NCBI GenBank assembly: GCA_015231405.1
Contig: JADGBR010000013.1
Location: 7,222 to 71,221, forward strand
Direction: 5' to 3'
Length of the DNA: 64,000 bases
Source of the DNA: Candidatus Omnitrophota bacterium
GTDB lineage: Bacteria; Omnitrophota; Gorgyraeia; Tantalellales; Tantalellaceae
Below, in pieces: positions 29,062 to 39,668 of this stretch. The notes under the pieces were generated by a model that had not been told where the DNA came from, made no database searches, and saw only the letters and a program-made list of their open reading frames with translations. The translations under genes were made by a program, and so were the position numbers. Each line of letters starts with the position of its first letter. Position 1 is the first letter of the stretch.

Positions 29062-30438
29062 GTGAAAGAACATCCGACGCATAAAGTGCTGCTCTCGGCT
29101 CGCGGCTTCCTCGCGACCAATTCCAGCGAGGATCTGGTGATGTGCATATACCGGTTCGCGAGGGCCAGGATCAGCGGCGAATACCGGGTAGTTGTAGAAG
29201 AAGAAAGGCTGGAACGGTTCGCGCGGTTCATTACAGGCCTTGACGATGTTAAATATGCCGCATCAGGCGGGATAGAGGCGATGCTGAAAAAAGATAAGTT
29301 CGATACGGTAATATCGGCCGTTCCCGTGACACTCAGGCAAGCTCTTATCAATTGTTCGGTTTTTATCGCGAAGGGTAAAGCGCGGTTCTTAAGGGCCGAT
29401 CTTGAAAAACGGCTCATAAGCGAAACGGGTTTCGCGGATATAGTGAGGGACATCGCGAAGAACATGTTCTCACGCCCGGCGCTGAATTCGGTGCTTGCCG
29501 CTCTGTCCCGCCGTCTGAGGCTCGAGAAACCTTTGGGCACGCCTCGGTCGTTGATCATCGAAACCGTGAACATGTGCAACCTTAAGTGCCCGTTGTGCCC
29601 TACCGGTACCGGGTCGCTTGGAAGGACCGGAGCTCGGATGGAGCTCTCTGTATTCAAAAAACTCGTTGATTCCAATCTCGGGGTTTTTTTGAATACAGAG
29701 AGCATTTACATGGATTTTTACGGCGACCCCCTGATGAACAGGGATATTTTCGGCATGATAAAATATCTTAAGGATAAAGGCGCCGGGCACGTCGAAATAA
29801 GTACTAACGCCAGTTTCCCGTTGGACGAGCGGAAGGCGCGGGAGATCGTTATGTCAGGTGTGGACCTGATCCTTTTCGCCGTTGACGGGGCCGACCAGGA
29901 AACGTACTCCAGATACAGGAAAGGAGGGGATCTTTCCGCCGTAAAGGAGTTCATCAAAGGTCTGGTCCGGATGAAAAAAATCCTTGGCGCGGTCAAACCG
30001 TATCTTGTCCTGCAGTTCATACTCATGAAACATAACGCGCATCAGCTGCAGGCGGCCAAAGAGATGGCCGTTGTGCTTGGGGCCGACAGTTTCAAAATAA
30101 AATTTCTTGACGTTTTCCGTTCAGACGGAGGCGATGTCGAAGAGTTCATACCCGACGATCCAGGGAGCGCGCAGTACGTTAAAAAGGCGGATGGGTACGA
30201 ACACAAGAGATCCACAGGGAACAATACGTGCGGGTTGCTATGGTCTTCGGCGGTTATCATGGTCGACGGCTCGGTCGTCCCGTGCTGTACCGACGCCAGA
30301 GGCAGGGTGGTATTGGGCAACGTTTTCAAGCGCGGTATCGAACATATCTGGAAAGGGGAAAAGTACAGGGATCTCAGGCGCGAGATCCACAGGGATAAAA
30401 AAGCGATACCGCTTTGCCGGGATTGCCCGAGCCAATGA
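29062..30438 (+). CDS. radical SAM/SPASM domain protein with ~180-aa N-terminal extension of unknown function
   Basis: CNLKCPLC cluster and C-terminal SPASM cysteines (VVPCCTD...PLCRDCPS); GTG start after upstream stop. Confidence 0.7.
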   Translation: MKEHPTHKVLLSARGFLATNSSEDLVMCIYRFARARISGEYRVVVEEERLERFARFITGLDDVKYAASGGIEAMLKKDKFDTVISAVPVTLRQALINCSVFIAKGKARFLRADLEKRLISETGFADIVRDIAKNMFSRPALNSVLAALSRRLRLEKPLGTPRSLIIETVNMCNLKCPLCPTGTGSLGRTGARMELSVFKKLVDSNLGVFLNTESIYMDFYGDPLMNRDIFGMIKYLKDKGAGHVEISTNASFPLDERKAREIVMSGVDLILFAVDGADQETYSRYRKGGDLSAVKEFIKGLVRMKKILGAVKPYLVLQFILMKHNAHQLQAAKEMAVVLGADSFKIKFLDVFRSDGGDVEEFIPDDPGSAQYVKKADGYEHKRSTGNNTCGLLWSSAVIMVDGSVVPCCTDARGRVVLGNVFKRGIEHIWKGEKYRDLRREIHRDKKAIPLCRDCPSQ

Positions 30439-31187
30439 TTATGGAACTACTGAAAAAAATATTATCCAGGATAAACCCTTTTGGCTTGTATGAAACATAT
30501 CGGGGCGAAAGGTATAAGGAGATGGCCGCTACGGACCCCAAGGGCCCTGAATGGCTGTACAGGGCGTTCTTTCCAGGGGATATCATCCCGGGCCGGGAGG
30601 CGCATATCCTGGATATCGGGTGCGCCGGGGGTCGAATCACCGCTTTTTTCGCCCAGGACCGGCCGAATGTCATAGGAATGGACCTGAAACCGGACGTTGG
30701 GTGGAAAAGGGCGGCTAAAGCGCGTTTTATCCTGGCCGATTCCGAAGCAATACCGTTCGGGAACTGCACTTTTGACATATGTTCCTTGATACAGGTATTG
30801 GAGTATGTGGACGGCGACAGGGCGGCGCTCTCCGAAATTTACAGGGTACTTAAACCCGGCGGCAGGCTGGTGCTGCAAGCCGCAAACAGGGACGGCATAT
30901 ATTCGCTCATCACGGGAAAAAAGATAGATGCAAGGCACAGGCATTGGTACACAAGAGACGGTATAACCACGATACTTATTGAGGCGGGGTTCAGGGTGCT
31001 GTCGGTCAAAGGGTTCGGCGCGAGGATACCGGTCATCTCGAGGCTTATCTTCATGGCGAGGCCGTACCCTTATCCCGAACTTTATCCTGACCTTTTTCTC
31101 TCGAAGCTGGTCCCGGAGAAGAACAGGCCGTTCTTCAATATTGTCTGCGAAAAATTGTCCGGTACGCGTTCCGGGAGGCAGGCATGA
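30435..31187 (+). CDS. class I SAM-dependent methyltransferase
   Basis: ILDIGCAGGRITAFF motif I; VLKPGGRLVL post II. Confidence 0.75.
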   Translation: MIMELLKKILSRINPFGLYETYRGERYKEMAATDPKGPEWLYRAFFPGDIIPGREAHILDIGCAGGRITAFFAQDRPNVIGMDLKPDVGWKRAAKARFILADSEAIPFGNCTFDICSLIQVLEYVDGDRAALSEIYRVLKPGGRLVLQAANRDGIYSLITGKKIDARHRHWYTRDGITTILIEAGFRVLSVKGFGARIPVISRLIFMARPYPYPELYPDLFLSKLVPEKNRPFFNIVCEKLSGTRSGRQA

Positions 31188-32179
31188 ACGACATGAGAGG
31201 GATGATCTGCCTCGATTGCGGAGGTGCGCTGCAACCCGGCGGGAAGGACAGCGGGGTCATATGCGCTTCATGCGGCAAAAATTATCAAGTCCGGGAAGGG
31301 ATCCCGTTCATCCCGGGAAAGAAAGATCTTTCGGGATATGATACCGGGATCGCCGGCGAGAATGCCCGCATCTATGATTCGTTGGCCGACCTCGGAACTC
31401 AGGTAAAAGGCGTCAACCTGCTTTTATCGGAATACTATACCGACAGGATCAGGGATATACATATCGAACTTCTATCGCCGTCGCTTTCACCTTCGGCGAA
31501 AGTGCTGGAGGCCGGATGCGGGCTGGGAAAGATTTCCAGGGCGCTCACCGGCATCACGGCCGGGTACCACGGGTTCGACATCTCTTACGCCAGCGTGAAA
31601 AAAGCCAGGGACATATGCATGCCGGGAAACTCCAGGTTCTTTGTTGGCAATGTCCTGGCGATACCGTTCCCCGAGGGGTATTTCGACGCCGTGGTCAGCT
31701 CCGAGATGCTGGAGCATGTCCCCGCCGATAAAGCGGCCATCGCCGAGATGAAAAGGGTGCTGAAGCCGAAAGGCCTTTTGAGCGTTTCCGTGCCGAATTC
31801 CATGATGGCTTTTTATCCGCTGGAATTCTTTTCCATGGTTAGGCATTACGGCCTTAAAAAATTCCGAAACCTTATCAGAAGGGAACTTGACTGGGCCGCG
31901 GACGAGGCATATGACAGGCCTTATATGCCGGGGCAGTTCAGAAAGCTATTCACCGAAGAGGGCTTGTCGATAGCGGCTCACAGGACGGCGCTGTGTTATC
32001 TGTGGCGAAGGCCTTATTCCGACGTTATCGAATGGCTTGAAAAAAAGAAGTGGTTCGACCCCGCGGGGTTCGTCGAAAGGTATTTTCGAGTTGACTCTTT
32101 CATGACAGGAAACAGGCTGCCGGTTTTGGGAATGATGGGGACCAGACAGTTCATACTCGCTCGTAAGGATAGATCATGA
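31184..32179 (+). CDS. class I SAM-dependent methyltransferase with N-terminal Trm112-like zinc ribbon
   Basis: CLDCGG...CASCG Cys4 ribbon then VLEAGCGLGKISRAL and VLKPKGLLSVSVPN. Confidence 0.7.
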   Translation: MNDMRGMICLDCGGALQPGGKDSGVICASCGKNYQVREGIPFIPGKKDLSGYDTGIAGENARIYDSLADLGTQVKGVNLLLSEYYTDRIRDIHIELLSPSLSPSAKVLEAGCGLGKISRALTGITAGYHGFDISYASVKKARDICMPGNSRFFVGNVLAIPFPEGYFDAVVSSEMLEHVPADKAAIAEMKRVLKPKGLLSVSVPNSMMAFYPLEFFSMVRHYGLKKFRNLIRRELDWAADEAYDRPYMPGQFRKLFTEEGLSIAAHRTALCYLWRRPYSDVIEWLEKKKWFDPAGFVERYFRVDSFMTGNRLPVLGMMGTRQFILARKDRS

Positions 32180-34143
32180 GGCTGACGGTTAAATCGGCAG
32201 CGCTGGCTTCATTCGCGGCCGTATCCTCCGCCGGGGGATATTTCCTGGTTACCGGCAAATACGGGGCCGGGGGCATATTGTTCATTGCCGGGGTATATTT
32301 TTTCTTTCTCTGCTTTCCGTTGTCCATACGGATGCAACAGGATAAGGGCAGCGGGAAGGCATTATTCAGGGACGCCGATTCGGATTATCTGGTTGTGGTC
32401 GATCCCGAGAAAATAGCCGCGGACGCCGCGCTCAACGATTTTTCGGGGAATGACTGGAGTTATGCCTGGTGCAACACCCTCATGCAGGAAACGGGATGGT
32501 TTGCGGTATGCCGCGCAAAAGAGGTCTCGAGGTGTATCCCGAAGAGGAGAGCTATCATCGTGACGAAAAGCGCCGCCGGGACAATGCCGGGCGGAACCGA
32601 ACAGGAACTGTCGGATTTCGTGTCGTCCGGAGGTGTTCTGGTCCTGGAAGACCCGGATAATTCGTGGCGCGGTCTGACAGGCTTGACTTTGGGCGACGGT
32701 AAGGTAAGCCCCACTCGGGTATCGTATGTGGACGGCGATATCGCGGCAAAACCATACGATGAAATTATAATGGGGTTACCGCTTAACACGGACATGAGAA
32801 CCGTTTCCTGCGTCGAAGGGGATACGCGCGTTGTCATGAAAATGGACGATATCCCGGCGGTTTGCCTGAGGGAATACGGGAAAGGCGGGGTAGTGACCGT
32901 CAATTTCAATTACGGCCTTGAGCTGGTGTCGCTTCAGCAGGGTATCCCGTCCACTTCCGATTACGCGGTCAAAGGCAAGATCGGGCAGCCGCAGGACATG
33001 ATTTCGTTTGAAAAGATGATCGATAATAGTGTACCATATGCGGATATCCTCGAACGGATAATCGCCGGGGCGGTCAACAAGCTTTCCCCCATACCGTCCT
33101 GGTGGTATTTTCCAGCGGAATACAAAGGGGTGAACCTTGTCACGCATGACTGCGAAATGATGGGCGACGACCTGATCGATACGGCGCTCACCGAAGATCG
33201 GATGGGGGTAAAAAGCACATTTTTCATTATCTGGAACAGTCCCGTCGGCCTTGAGACACTGTCCCGGATAGGCAGGCTCGGGACGGATATAGAATTGCAC
33301 TGGGACAGGGCGTATTTACGCAGGCTTGGGGTCAATGTCCTGGGTTTCATGAAAAAAGCCCCGGGTAATATCAAACAATGGTTTTATCGTCTCGGCGACA
33401 GGTGCCGCGCGGTACCGGCGGCGTCCGAGGTCGGGTTGTCTGAGCAAAAAGGGTCTCTCCGGGATAAATGCGGAACGGATATATCCCTTAACAGGCTCCA
33501 TGGACTTCGCTGGGGGAGGCACTATACGGAACCTTTTGGGATAATGGAAAGGGCGGGTATAACCGCGGATTCAAGTTTCGGTCCGAACGACAACGCCAAG
33601 GGATATCTTTTCGGGACGGCTCTCCCGTTCCATCCCATAGACGTGAACGGGTACCCTTTCGAGATACTTGAACTCCCGTTCCAGACGCTTGAAGCCCGCA
33701 GGGGCGCCGATATAGGGTTCATACGCAAGCTTTTCGAGGAAAGCGGGGACCTGTATAATCAGGCTATAGTGACCAATTACCATCCGGACAGGAGTTTCAA
33801 AGGGAGCGATATAGAACGGCAGTGGAAAGAGACATTTGAGGAAGCCGCGAGGAACGGGCATTGGACGACAACGATGAAAGAATATATCGGATTTTTTTCA
33901 GGGCGTTCCTCGAGCCCGATATGTTCCGGGCTGAAAGGCGGAAAGATCGATATTCAGGCGGAATCCCGGGTGCCCGGGATGTGCCTCAGGTTCCCCGCAG
34001 ATATCCTCGAGGAAGGGTCGGGGATCTTTTTAGACGGCGCTGAGGTAAAGCCTGTCTTTGCCCGCGACCTCGGGATAAGGACGGTCCTCGTCGGCATACC
34101 CGAAGGCAGGCACCGCGTAGAACTGACGATAAAGGCAAGATGA
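32176..34143 (+). CDS. large membrane-anchored hypothetical protein (possible carbohydrate esterase/deacetylase-like domain)
   Basis: N-terminal TM pair; 655 aa; weak NodB-like hints only. Confidence 0.45.
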   Translation: MRLTVKSAALASFAAVSSAGGYFLVTGKYGAGGILFIAGVYFFFLCFPLSIRMQQDKGSGKALFRDADSDYLVVVDPEKIAADAALNDFSGNDWSYAWCNTLMQETGWFAVCRAKEVSRCIPKRRAIIVTKSAAGTMPGGTEQELSDFVSSGGVLVLEDPDNSWRGLTGLTLGDGKVSPTRVSYVDGDIAAKPYDEIIMGLPLNTDMRTVSCVEGDTRVVMKMDDIPAVCLREYGKGGVVTVNFNYGLELVSLQQGIPSTSDYAVKGKIGQPQDMISFEKMIDNSVPYADILERIIAGAVNKLSPIPSWWYFPAEYKGVNLVTHDCEMMGDDLIDTALTEDRMGVKSTFFIIWNSPVGLETLSRIGRLGTDIELHWDRAYLRRLGVNVLGFMKKAPGNIKQWFYRLGDRCRAVPAASEVGLSEQKGSLRDKCGTDISLNRLHGLRWGRHYTEPFGIMERAGITADSSFGPNDNAKGYLFGTALPFHPIDVNGYPFEILELPFQTLEARRGADIGFIRKLFEESGDLYNQAIVTNYHPDRSFKGSDIERQWKETFEEAARNGHWTTTMKEYIGFFSGRSSSPICSGLKGGKIDIQAESRVPGMCLRFPADILEEGSGIFLDGAEVKPVFARDLGIRTVLVGIPEGRHRVELTIKAR

Positions 34144-35630
34144 TAAAGGACGTAAAAGATTTTTTCTGCAATTACATGTTCCAGATCGCCGGGTTCGCCG
34201 CGCGGGTGATCATCGGCGCGGCCACGTTATGGCTCCTGACGAATGTTCTGGGCCCCGGTGGATACGGAACTTATACCGTTTTCCTTATGGTCGTTTCGGT
34301 CGGGCTCGCTTTCACGTCTAACTTTACTCACGCCGCGGTAGATATTACCGGCAGGGACGAATATATACGGGCGGGGCATATACGCGGGACATTCTGGGCG
34401 GAATCCGCGCTTTTAGGGGTACTTCTCACCGGGATATGCATAGCGGGGTATTTTTACAGGGATGTTCTATCCGGGTACATAGGTATCGTGCCTGGCATGT
34501 GCGGTCTGGTCCTTTTGTACCTTATCGTTTCGGCGCTTGCCCAGTTCCTTCAGGATTGTTTCCAGATAACGAGCAGGATGAGGAAATTCGCGCTCGTGCC
34601 TCTTTCCGTGCCGGCGGTCTTTGCGGCGCTCCTGGCATGGTCATATCTTTCGGGACGGGGATTGAACGTGGAACTGGCGATAACTTTCGGGGTGATAGCG
34701 GCGGTGGCAGGGATGGCCGCCGGGCTCCTGTTCCTTGACAAGGAACTGATATGGCCGGCTGTTTTCGATCCCGGGAAGGCGGGGGAGCTGATCCTTTTAT
34801 CCCTGCCGTTCGTTTTTTCCGGGGTGGCGGGCTATGTGTTTGATTGGGTGGACCTTGTGGTGATAAAACGGTTCCTGACAAGCGCGGATGTCGGTATATA
34901 CGCCCTCGCTTACCAGATGACGGCTTTCCTGATAATTTTCACTAGGCTCACCACGAACCTCAATGTTTCGATAATAACGAACTGGAAGATACAAGGCAGG
35001 GACGATCTCGTCAGGTTCTTTGTGGAAAGGACGGTGCCGCAGGTAACGTTCGTTTTTTCGCTTGTTCTGGTCGTGTGCATGACGCTGGCGGGTGCCATCT
35101 TTAAGATATTCAGGCCGGAGTATTTGCCGGGCGTTCCGGTATTCGTTATCCTTATTTCCAGCGTATGCTTCAGGAACCTGCACGCGTTACAGGCTCCGGT
35201 GCTGACCGCGTACAGGATAATAGTACCGTGCTCGGTGGTGAGCGTTTTAGCGGTCCTCGTCAATTTCGCAGCGGATATGGCGATGGTCCCGGTGATCGGA
35301 ATAATCGGTCCGGCCATAGCGACGTTCCTGGCGGTGCTTTTTTCCGCCCTTTTCCAGACATTGTTCATAGACCGTCGTTTGGGGACGAATTCGGCGTCGC
35401 ATTACTTATGTTCGGCCCCGGCGCTGGCCGCTTTGCCGGTATGCTTTTTCCCGGGCATTCCCCAGGCTGTCAGGCTTGTTCTGGGGGCGCTGATAATAGT
35501 TATATCCGTTATGGCCGCGAGGCGGGCCGCTCTTCTGAAGAGTTCAGATATGGAACTGTATAATTCTATGGACCTCCCCGGGTTCATATCCTCGGGGTTG
35601 GGTAAGATAAGCAGGGTGTTGATAGCATGA
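34140..35630 (+). CDS. wzx: Wzx-type oligosaccharide flippase (MOP superfamily)
   Basis: 12-14 TM helices, N-terminal LLTNVLGPGGYGTYTVFLMV signature of polysaccharide biosynthesis flippases. Confidence 0.7.
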   Translation: MIKDVKDFFCNYMFQIAGFAARVIIGAATLWLLTNVLGPGGYGTYTVFLMVVSVGLAFTSNFTHAAVDITGRDEYIRAGHIRGTFWAESALLGVLLTGICIAGYFYRDVLSGYIGIVPGMCGLVLLYLIVSALAQFLQDCFQITSRMRKFALVPLSVPAVFAALLAWSYLSGRGLNVELAITFGVIAAVAGMAAGLLFLDKELIWPAVFDPGKAGELILLSLPFVFSGVAGYVFDWVDLVVIKRFLTSADVGIYALAYQMTAFLIIFTRLTTNLNVSIITNWKIQGRDDLVRFFVERTVPQVTFVFSLVLVVCMTLAGAIFKIFRPEYLPGVPVFVILISSVCFRNLHALQAPVLTAYRIIVPCSVVSVLAVLVNFAADMAMVPVIGIIGPAIATFLAVLFSALFQTLFIDRRLGTNSASHYLCSAPALAALPVCFFPGIPQAVRLVLGALIIVISVMAARRAALLKSSDMELYNSMDLPGFISSGLGKISRVLIA

Positions 35631-37198
35631 TCACTAAAAGGTCCGGCAGGAAAAAAGTCATTCTCGTAAAACCACATTACGCGCATAAATGGGATTACAG
35701 GGACAGGGACCCTGACGTCCAGGTTCCCACGGGGCTCCTGTACGTCGGAACGACGCTTAAGGCCAACGGGTACGATGTGAAGATAATCGACGCTACGGCA
35801 GATAAAGACTATAAGCGGACGGCGGTCGCAAATCTCGACGGCGCGGTCTATGTGGGTATAACCGCGATGACCGCGCAGCTTGCATCGGCTATAGATATCG
35901 CCGGCGAGATAAGGAAAGCGGATCCCGAAGTCCCTCTGGTGTGGGGCGGTAACCACCCGTCGCTTTATCCCGAACAGACATGCCTCGACGAACTCTGCGA
36001 CATAGCGGTAATTGGCGAGGGGGACATGACAGCCGTCGAGCTGGCGGGCGCTTTAGAGGCTGACGGGGATCCCCGGGGCGTGAAAGGGATCTGTTTCCGG
36101 AGGGGAGGGGAAGTGGTCACTACCGGCGGGAGGGGGCTGGTGGATGTCGAAGCCCTTCCGGAACCGGATTACGGCCTTCTCGGCGATGTCGAGAAATACA
36201 TATGGGGGTATTTCCCGGCGTACAGCGATAAACCTTACAGGTTCCTGCCGGTACACGCCGGCAGGGGATGTTTTTACAGATGCAGTTTCTGCATGGAGAA
36301 CGTCGAGAAAAAACACAGGTCCCGGACCGCGAGGCAGATAGCCGATCAGATAAAACGTCTAATGGAGAAATACCGGATAGAGGCCATAACTACGATAGAC
36401 TCCGATTTCTACGCGGACAAAAAACGGGTCAAGGAATTCGTCGACATCGTAATTAACGAGCGTATCGGGATCAAGTGGATGGGGAACTCGCGCGCTAATT
36501 ATTTCAGGGATGATTATATCGACCGGGAATTCGCCGAAAAACTAGAGATCTCGGGCTGTTTCAGGGCCGGACTGGGTGTCGAGACGGGGTCGACAAGGAT
36601 CCTGGAGTATATCCGTAAGGACATAACCCATGATCAGGTCAGGCGTGCGGTAGATGTCCTGAACACCACGGGAATAATCGTCGCCTGTTCGTTCATGATA
36701 GGGATCCCGGGTGAGACCAAGGATGATATGGTTGCGACTTTCAGGTTCATACGCGAACTCTACAAGAAGGCAAAAAAGATCTATATCATCGGCCCGGCCG
36801 AATACAGGCCTTATCCGGGATGCGACCTTTTCGAGGAAGCGACAAAACAGGGGCTTCTTGTTCCGGACAGCCTCAGGGGATGGGGCGAAGCCATGAATTC
36901 GTTCTGGGGCTATCTCGGTTCCGAGAGGTTCCCGTGGGTGGAAGACCACAGGTTCATCAAGTATGCGACAACGGTGATCCCGTTCCTCTACACCACAAAT
37001 TGTGTGCCTAAGCGCCGGGCCGTATGGCCGCTGTATCTCATTGTCCGAGCCATCGTAGAGGTCCGGGTCAGGTTCGACCTCTGGGGCATACTTTTTGAGG
37101 ACAGGCTGATACTGAAAGCGGCCTCTATCTGGCAGGCGGCGAAGCCTGTTCCCGGTAAGATAAAGGAGATCATATGGAAGAGACCTTTTTGTCGATAG
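35627..37198 (+). CDS. B12-binding domain radical SAM protein
   Basis: N-terminal cobalamin-binding Rossmann-like region, CFYRCSFC radical SAM cluster. Confidence 0.75.
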   Translation: MITKRSGRKKVILVKPHYAHKWDYRDRDPDVQVPTGLLYVGTTLKANGYDVKIIDATADKDYKRTAVANLDGAVYVGITAMTAQLASAIDIAGEIRKADPEVPLVWGGNHPSLYPEQTCLDELCDIAVIGEGDMTAVELAGALEADGDPRGVKGICFRRGGEVVTTGGRGLVDVEALPEPDYGLLGDVEKYIWGYFPAYSDKPYRFLPVHAGRGCFYRCSFCMENVEKKHRSRTARQIADQIKRLMEKYRIEAITTIDSDFYADKKRVKEFVDIVINERIGIKWMGNSRANYFRDDYIDREFAEKLEISGCFRAGLGVETGSTRILEYIRKDITHDQVRRAVDVLNTTGIIVACSFMIGIPGETKDDMVATFRFIRELYKKAKKIYIIGPAEYRPYPGCDLFEEATKQGLLVPDSLRGWGEAMNSFWGYLGSERFPWVEDHRFIKYATTVIPFLYTTNCVPKRRAVWPLYLIVRAIVEVRVRFDLWGILFEDRLILKAASIWQAAKPVPGKIKEIIWKRPFCR

Positions 37199-37905
37199 TG
37201 ATACCGGCGTACAACGAGTCTCACAGGATAGCAAAAAGCCTGGAGGAGATAATCGAATACCTCGAAAAGAAGATATTCTCCAGCGAGATAATAGTCGTTG
37301 ACGACGGCAGTACCGACGATACCGTGAGGATCGTAGAGGAAAAGTTCCGGGGGAACAACGTGAGGGTCATCCGGAACGGACGGAACCGAGGCAAAGGCTA
37401 TACTGTGAGGAACGGGATGCTGGCGGCAAAGGGTAAGTATATACTCTTCGCGGACGCGGATAACGCCACCCCCATAAATGAGCTTAACAGGCTTCTCCGG
37501 GAGCTTGAAGAGGAAGACATCGATTTCGTCTATGGCATAAGGCTTATACGCCGCGAAGGCGGGTTCTTGAAGAACCTGATCCGGAAATTTATCGGCAGAG
37601 GTTTTCTGTTCCTTGCGCATGCGATAGTTCTCAGGGAGTTCGTTTATGACACGCAGTGCGGGTTCAAATGTTTCAGGCGGGAAGCCGCCCGGAAAATATT
37701 CGAAAGGGCTCTCATAGAAAGCGGGGTGTTCGACGTGGAGATATTCTTTCTGGCCGAGAAACTCGCTCTAAAAGGGACGCCTGTCCCGGTGCACTGGAGG
37801 CATATGCCGGGATCAACAATAAACATCTACAAATGTATTATCGGCGACCCGTTCTCCATGATGCGGATCAAAATGAACGATATGACGGGGAAATATGAAA
37901 GGTAA
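37174..37905 (+). CDS. GT2 polyprenyl-phosphate glycosyltransferase (ArnC/Dpm1-like)
   Basis: LSIVIPAYNES..IIVVDDGSTDDT, DAD motif FADADNATP. Confidence 0.75.
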   Translation: MEETFLSIVIPAYNESHRIAKSLEEIIEYLEKKIFSSEIIVVDDGSTDDTVRIVEEKFRGNNVRVIRNGRNRGKGYTVRNGMLAAKGKYILFADADNATPINELNRLLRELEEEDIDFVYGIRLIRREGGFLKNLIRKFIGRGFLFLAHAIVLREFVYDTQCGFKCFRREAARKIFERALIESGVFDVEIFFLAEKLALKGTPVPVHWRHMPGSTINIYKCIIGDPFSMMRIKMNDMTGKYER

Positions 37906-38980
37906 AGTTTATTCGATAGGCATGATAGGGTGCGGCGTTCACGCTCGCACGCGGCTTTTACCGGCGCTTAAATATTGCCGTAAAGCCAGGATCGCGGCCC
38001 TTGCCGACCCGGCGAGGGACCTTTCGGCAGAAAGGGCTGTCTGGGGCGGTCCGAAGACATACTCGGATCACAGGGCTATGCTCGATGACAGGTCTATTTC
38101 GCTGGACGCGGTGATCGTAGCCACTCCTCCGGATTCGCACAGGGAGATAGCGACCTTCTGCATGGGGAAAGGCAAACATGTCCTTCTAGAGAAACCTGTG
38201 GCGCTTACGCTCCGGGACGCGCGGGCGCTGGTCGAGGCCAGGGACCGTACGGGGGTAAAGGTGATGGTGGGCCACCAGAGAAGGTTCAGCCCCATGGATA
38301 ACAGCGTCAGGGACCTTTACGGGAAAGGGCTGATAGGCAAGACCGTCGCGATAAACGCGGTACATGAGTTCTCTTCGGATTCAAGAGGGGCGGCGACGGG
38401 ATACCTGAAAAAGAGGGAGCTCTCCGGAGGCGTGATCATGGAATATGCCTGCCACGACATCGATTTCTTCAGGTATCTTCTCGGGGCCGAGGCGGTCGAG
38501 GTGTACGCGAGGGTGAGCTCGACGCATGCGGACGACGACACCGCGGCCCTGGTCGTTACCTTTTCGAACGGGGTCATAGCGAATCTGACGCTTTCGAGCT
38601 GTACGGTGGACGAGGAACATCTCGAGATCTTCGGGACCGAAGGAATAATAAGGAGCGACAGGTACAGGACCGTAAAGGCGGAAATAGACCTTATTAAAGG
38701 GCTTAAGGACAGGAAAATGCGCGCGTTAAAGACTTTCGCGAGGGGTTTCAAAAGCCTTATGCTCTTGAAATACGCCTTCAAGCGGAATATCCTGGCCGCG
38801 TATATTTCCGAGATAGGCCATTTTATCGATTCGATCGAGGAAGGGAAAGACCCGGTCCCCGGGCTCGAGGACGGCATAAAGGCCATGGAAGCGGCTGACG
38901 CGGCGATAAGGTCCGGAATATCGGGAAAACCCGTCAGGGTATGCGGACCGGAAGAGTGTAAGGGGGGGGCGAATGACTGA
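37895..38980 (+). CDS. Gfo/Idh/MocA family oxidoreductase
   Basis: IGMIGCGVHARTRLLPAL, EKPVALTLRDA. Confidence 0.75.
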   Translation: MKGKVYSIGMIGCGVHARTRLLPALKYCRKARIAALADPARDLSAERAVWGGPKTYSDHRAMLDDRSISLDAVIVATPPDSHREIATFCMGKGKHVLLEKPVALTLRDARALVEARDRTGVKVMVGHQRRFSPMDNSVRDLYGKGLIGKTVAINAVHEFSSDSRGAATGYLKKRELSGGVIMEYACHDIDFFRYLLGAEAVEVYARVSSTHADDDTAALVVTFSNGVIANLTLSSCTVDEEHLEIFGTEGIIRSDRYRTVKAEIDLIKGLKDRKMRALKTFARGFKSLMLLKYAFKRNILAAYISEIGHFIDSIEEGKDPVPGLEDGIKAMEAADAAIRSGISGKPVRVCGPEECKGGAND

Positions 38981-39668
38981 ATGGGAAGATCTGCATAACG
39001 CGAATTCGTCCTGGAGGAAAACCCTCGTGGGCCAGATATCGGATCTATATACCGTTCCGAAATATCTGGGACTGTTCAGGGAATATTTCGGCAGGGAAAA
39101 AGGCCTTGATACGCTGGAGCTGGGCGCCGGCAACGGCGACCTCAGCATGCGGCTTGTTTCGGAGAACAAAGGAGGTATTATAGGCAGTTATACGGTGTCC
39201 GAGAATTATGAGGAAGGGGTCAGGAACCTCAGGGCCCGGGGGATGGAGGCGAAACTTATCAACGCGGAAAATACGGGTCTCGGGCCAGGCTCTTACGACC
39301 TCGTGTGCGCGTTTGACATAATGCACCATGTGAAAGACCCTCGCGCGATGGCTCGGGAAATGGCGAGGATCAGCAGGAAATACATTTTCCTCACCGAGGC
39401 TAATGGTCTCAGCCTCGGGAGAAAGCTCTTTGAGCGTAAAAAGATGTACCGGGACGCCGGCGAAAGGTCGTACCTGCCGCGGGTGTACAGGTCGTTCTTC
39501 GACGCCGGGGTTTTCAAGGAACTCGGGATCGAGCCGTTCCTTTTCGTATTCAAGACGCCTGAAAGGTTCATAAAACACGTCATAGCGTTCAGCGAAGCGA
39601 TCGAGAAGATACCGGTCCTCCGATGGCAGTGCGCGTCGCTGGTGATCTTCGGGGAGAAAAGAACATGA
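38973..39668 (+). CDS. class I SAM-dependent methyltransferase
   Basis: LELGAGNGDLSMRL motif I; type-11-like. Confidence 0.7.
   Translation: MTEWEDLHNANSSWRKTLVGQISDLYTVPKYLGLFREYFGREKGLDTLELGAGNGDLSMRLVSENKGGIIGSYTVSENYEEGVRNLRARGMEAKLINAENTGLGPGSYDLVCAFDIMHHVKDPRAMAREMARISRKYIFLTEANGLSLGRKLFERKKMYRDAGERSYLPRVYRSFFDAGVFKELGIEPFLFVFKTPERFIKHVIAFSEAIEKIPVLRWQCASLVIFGEKRT

Noticed and set aside
36542-37234. 230-aa minus-strand ORF
   Set aside because: It is antisense to the B12-binding radical SAM gene.
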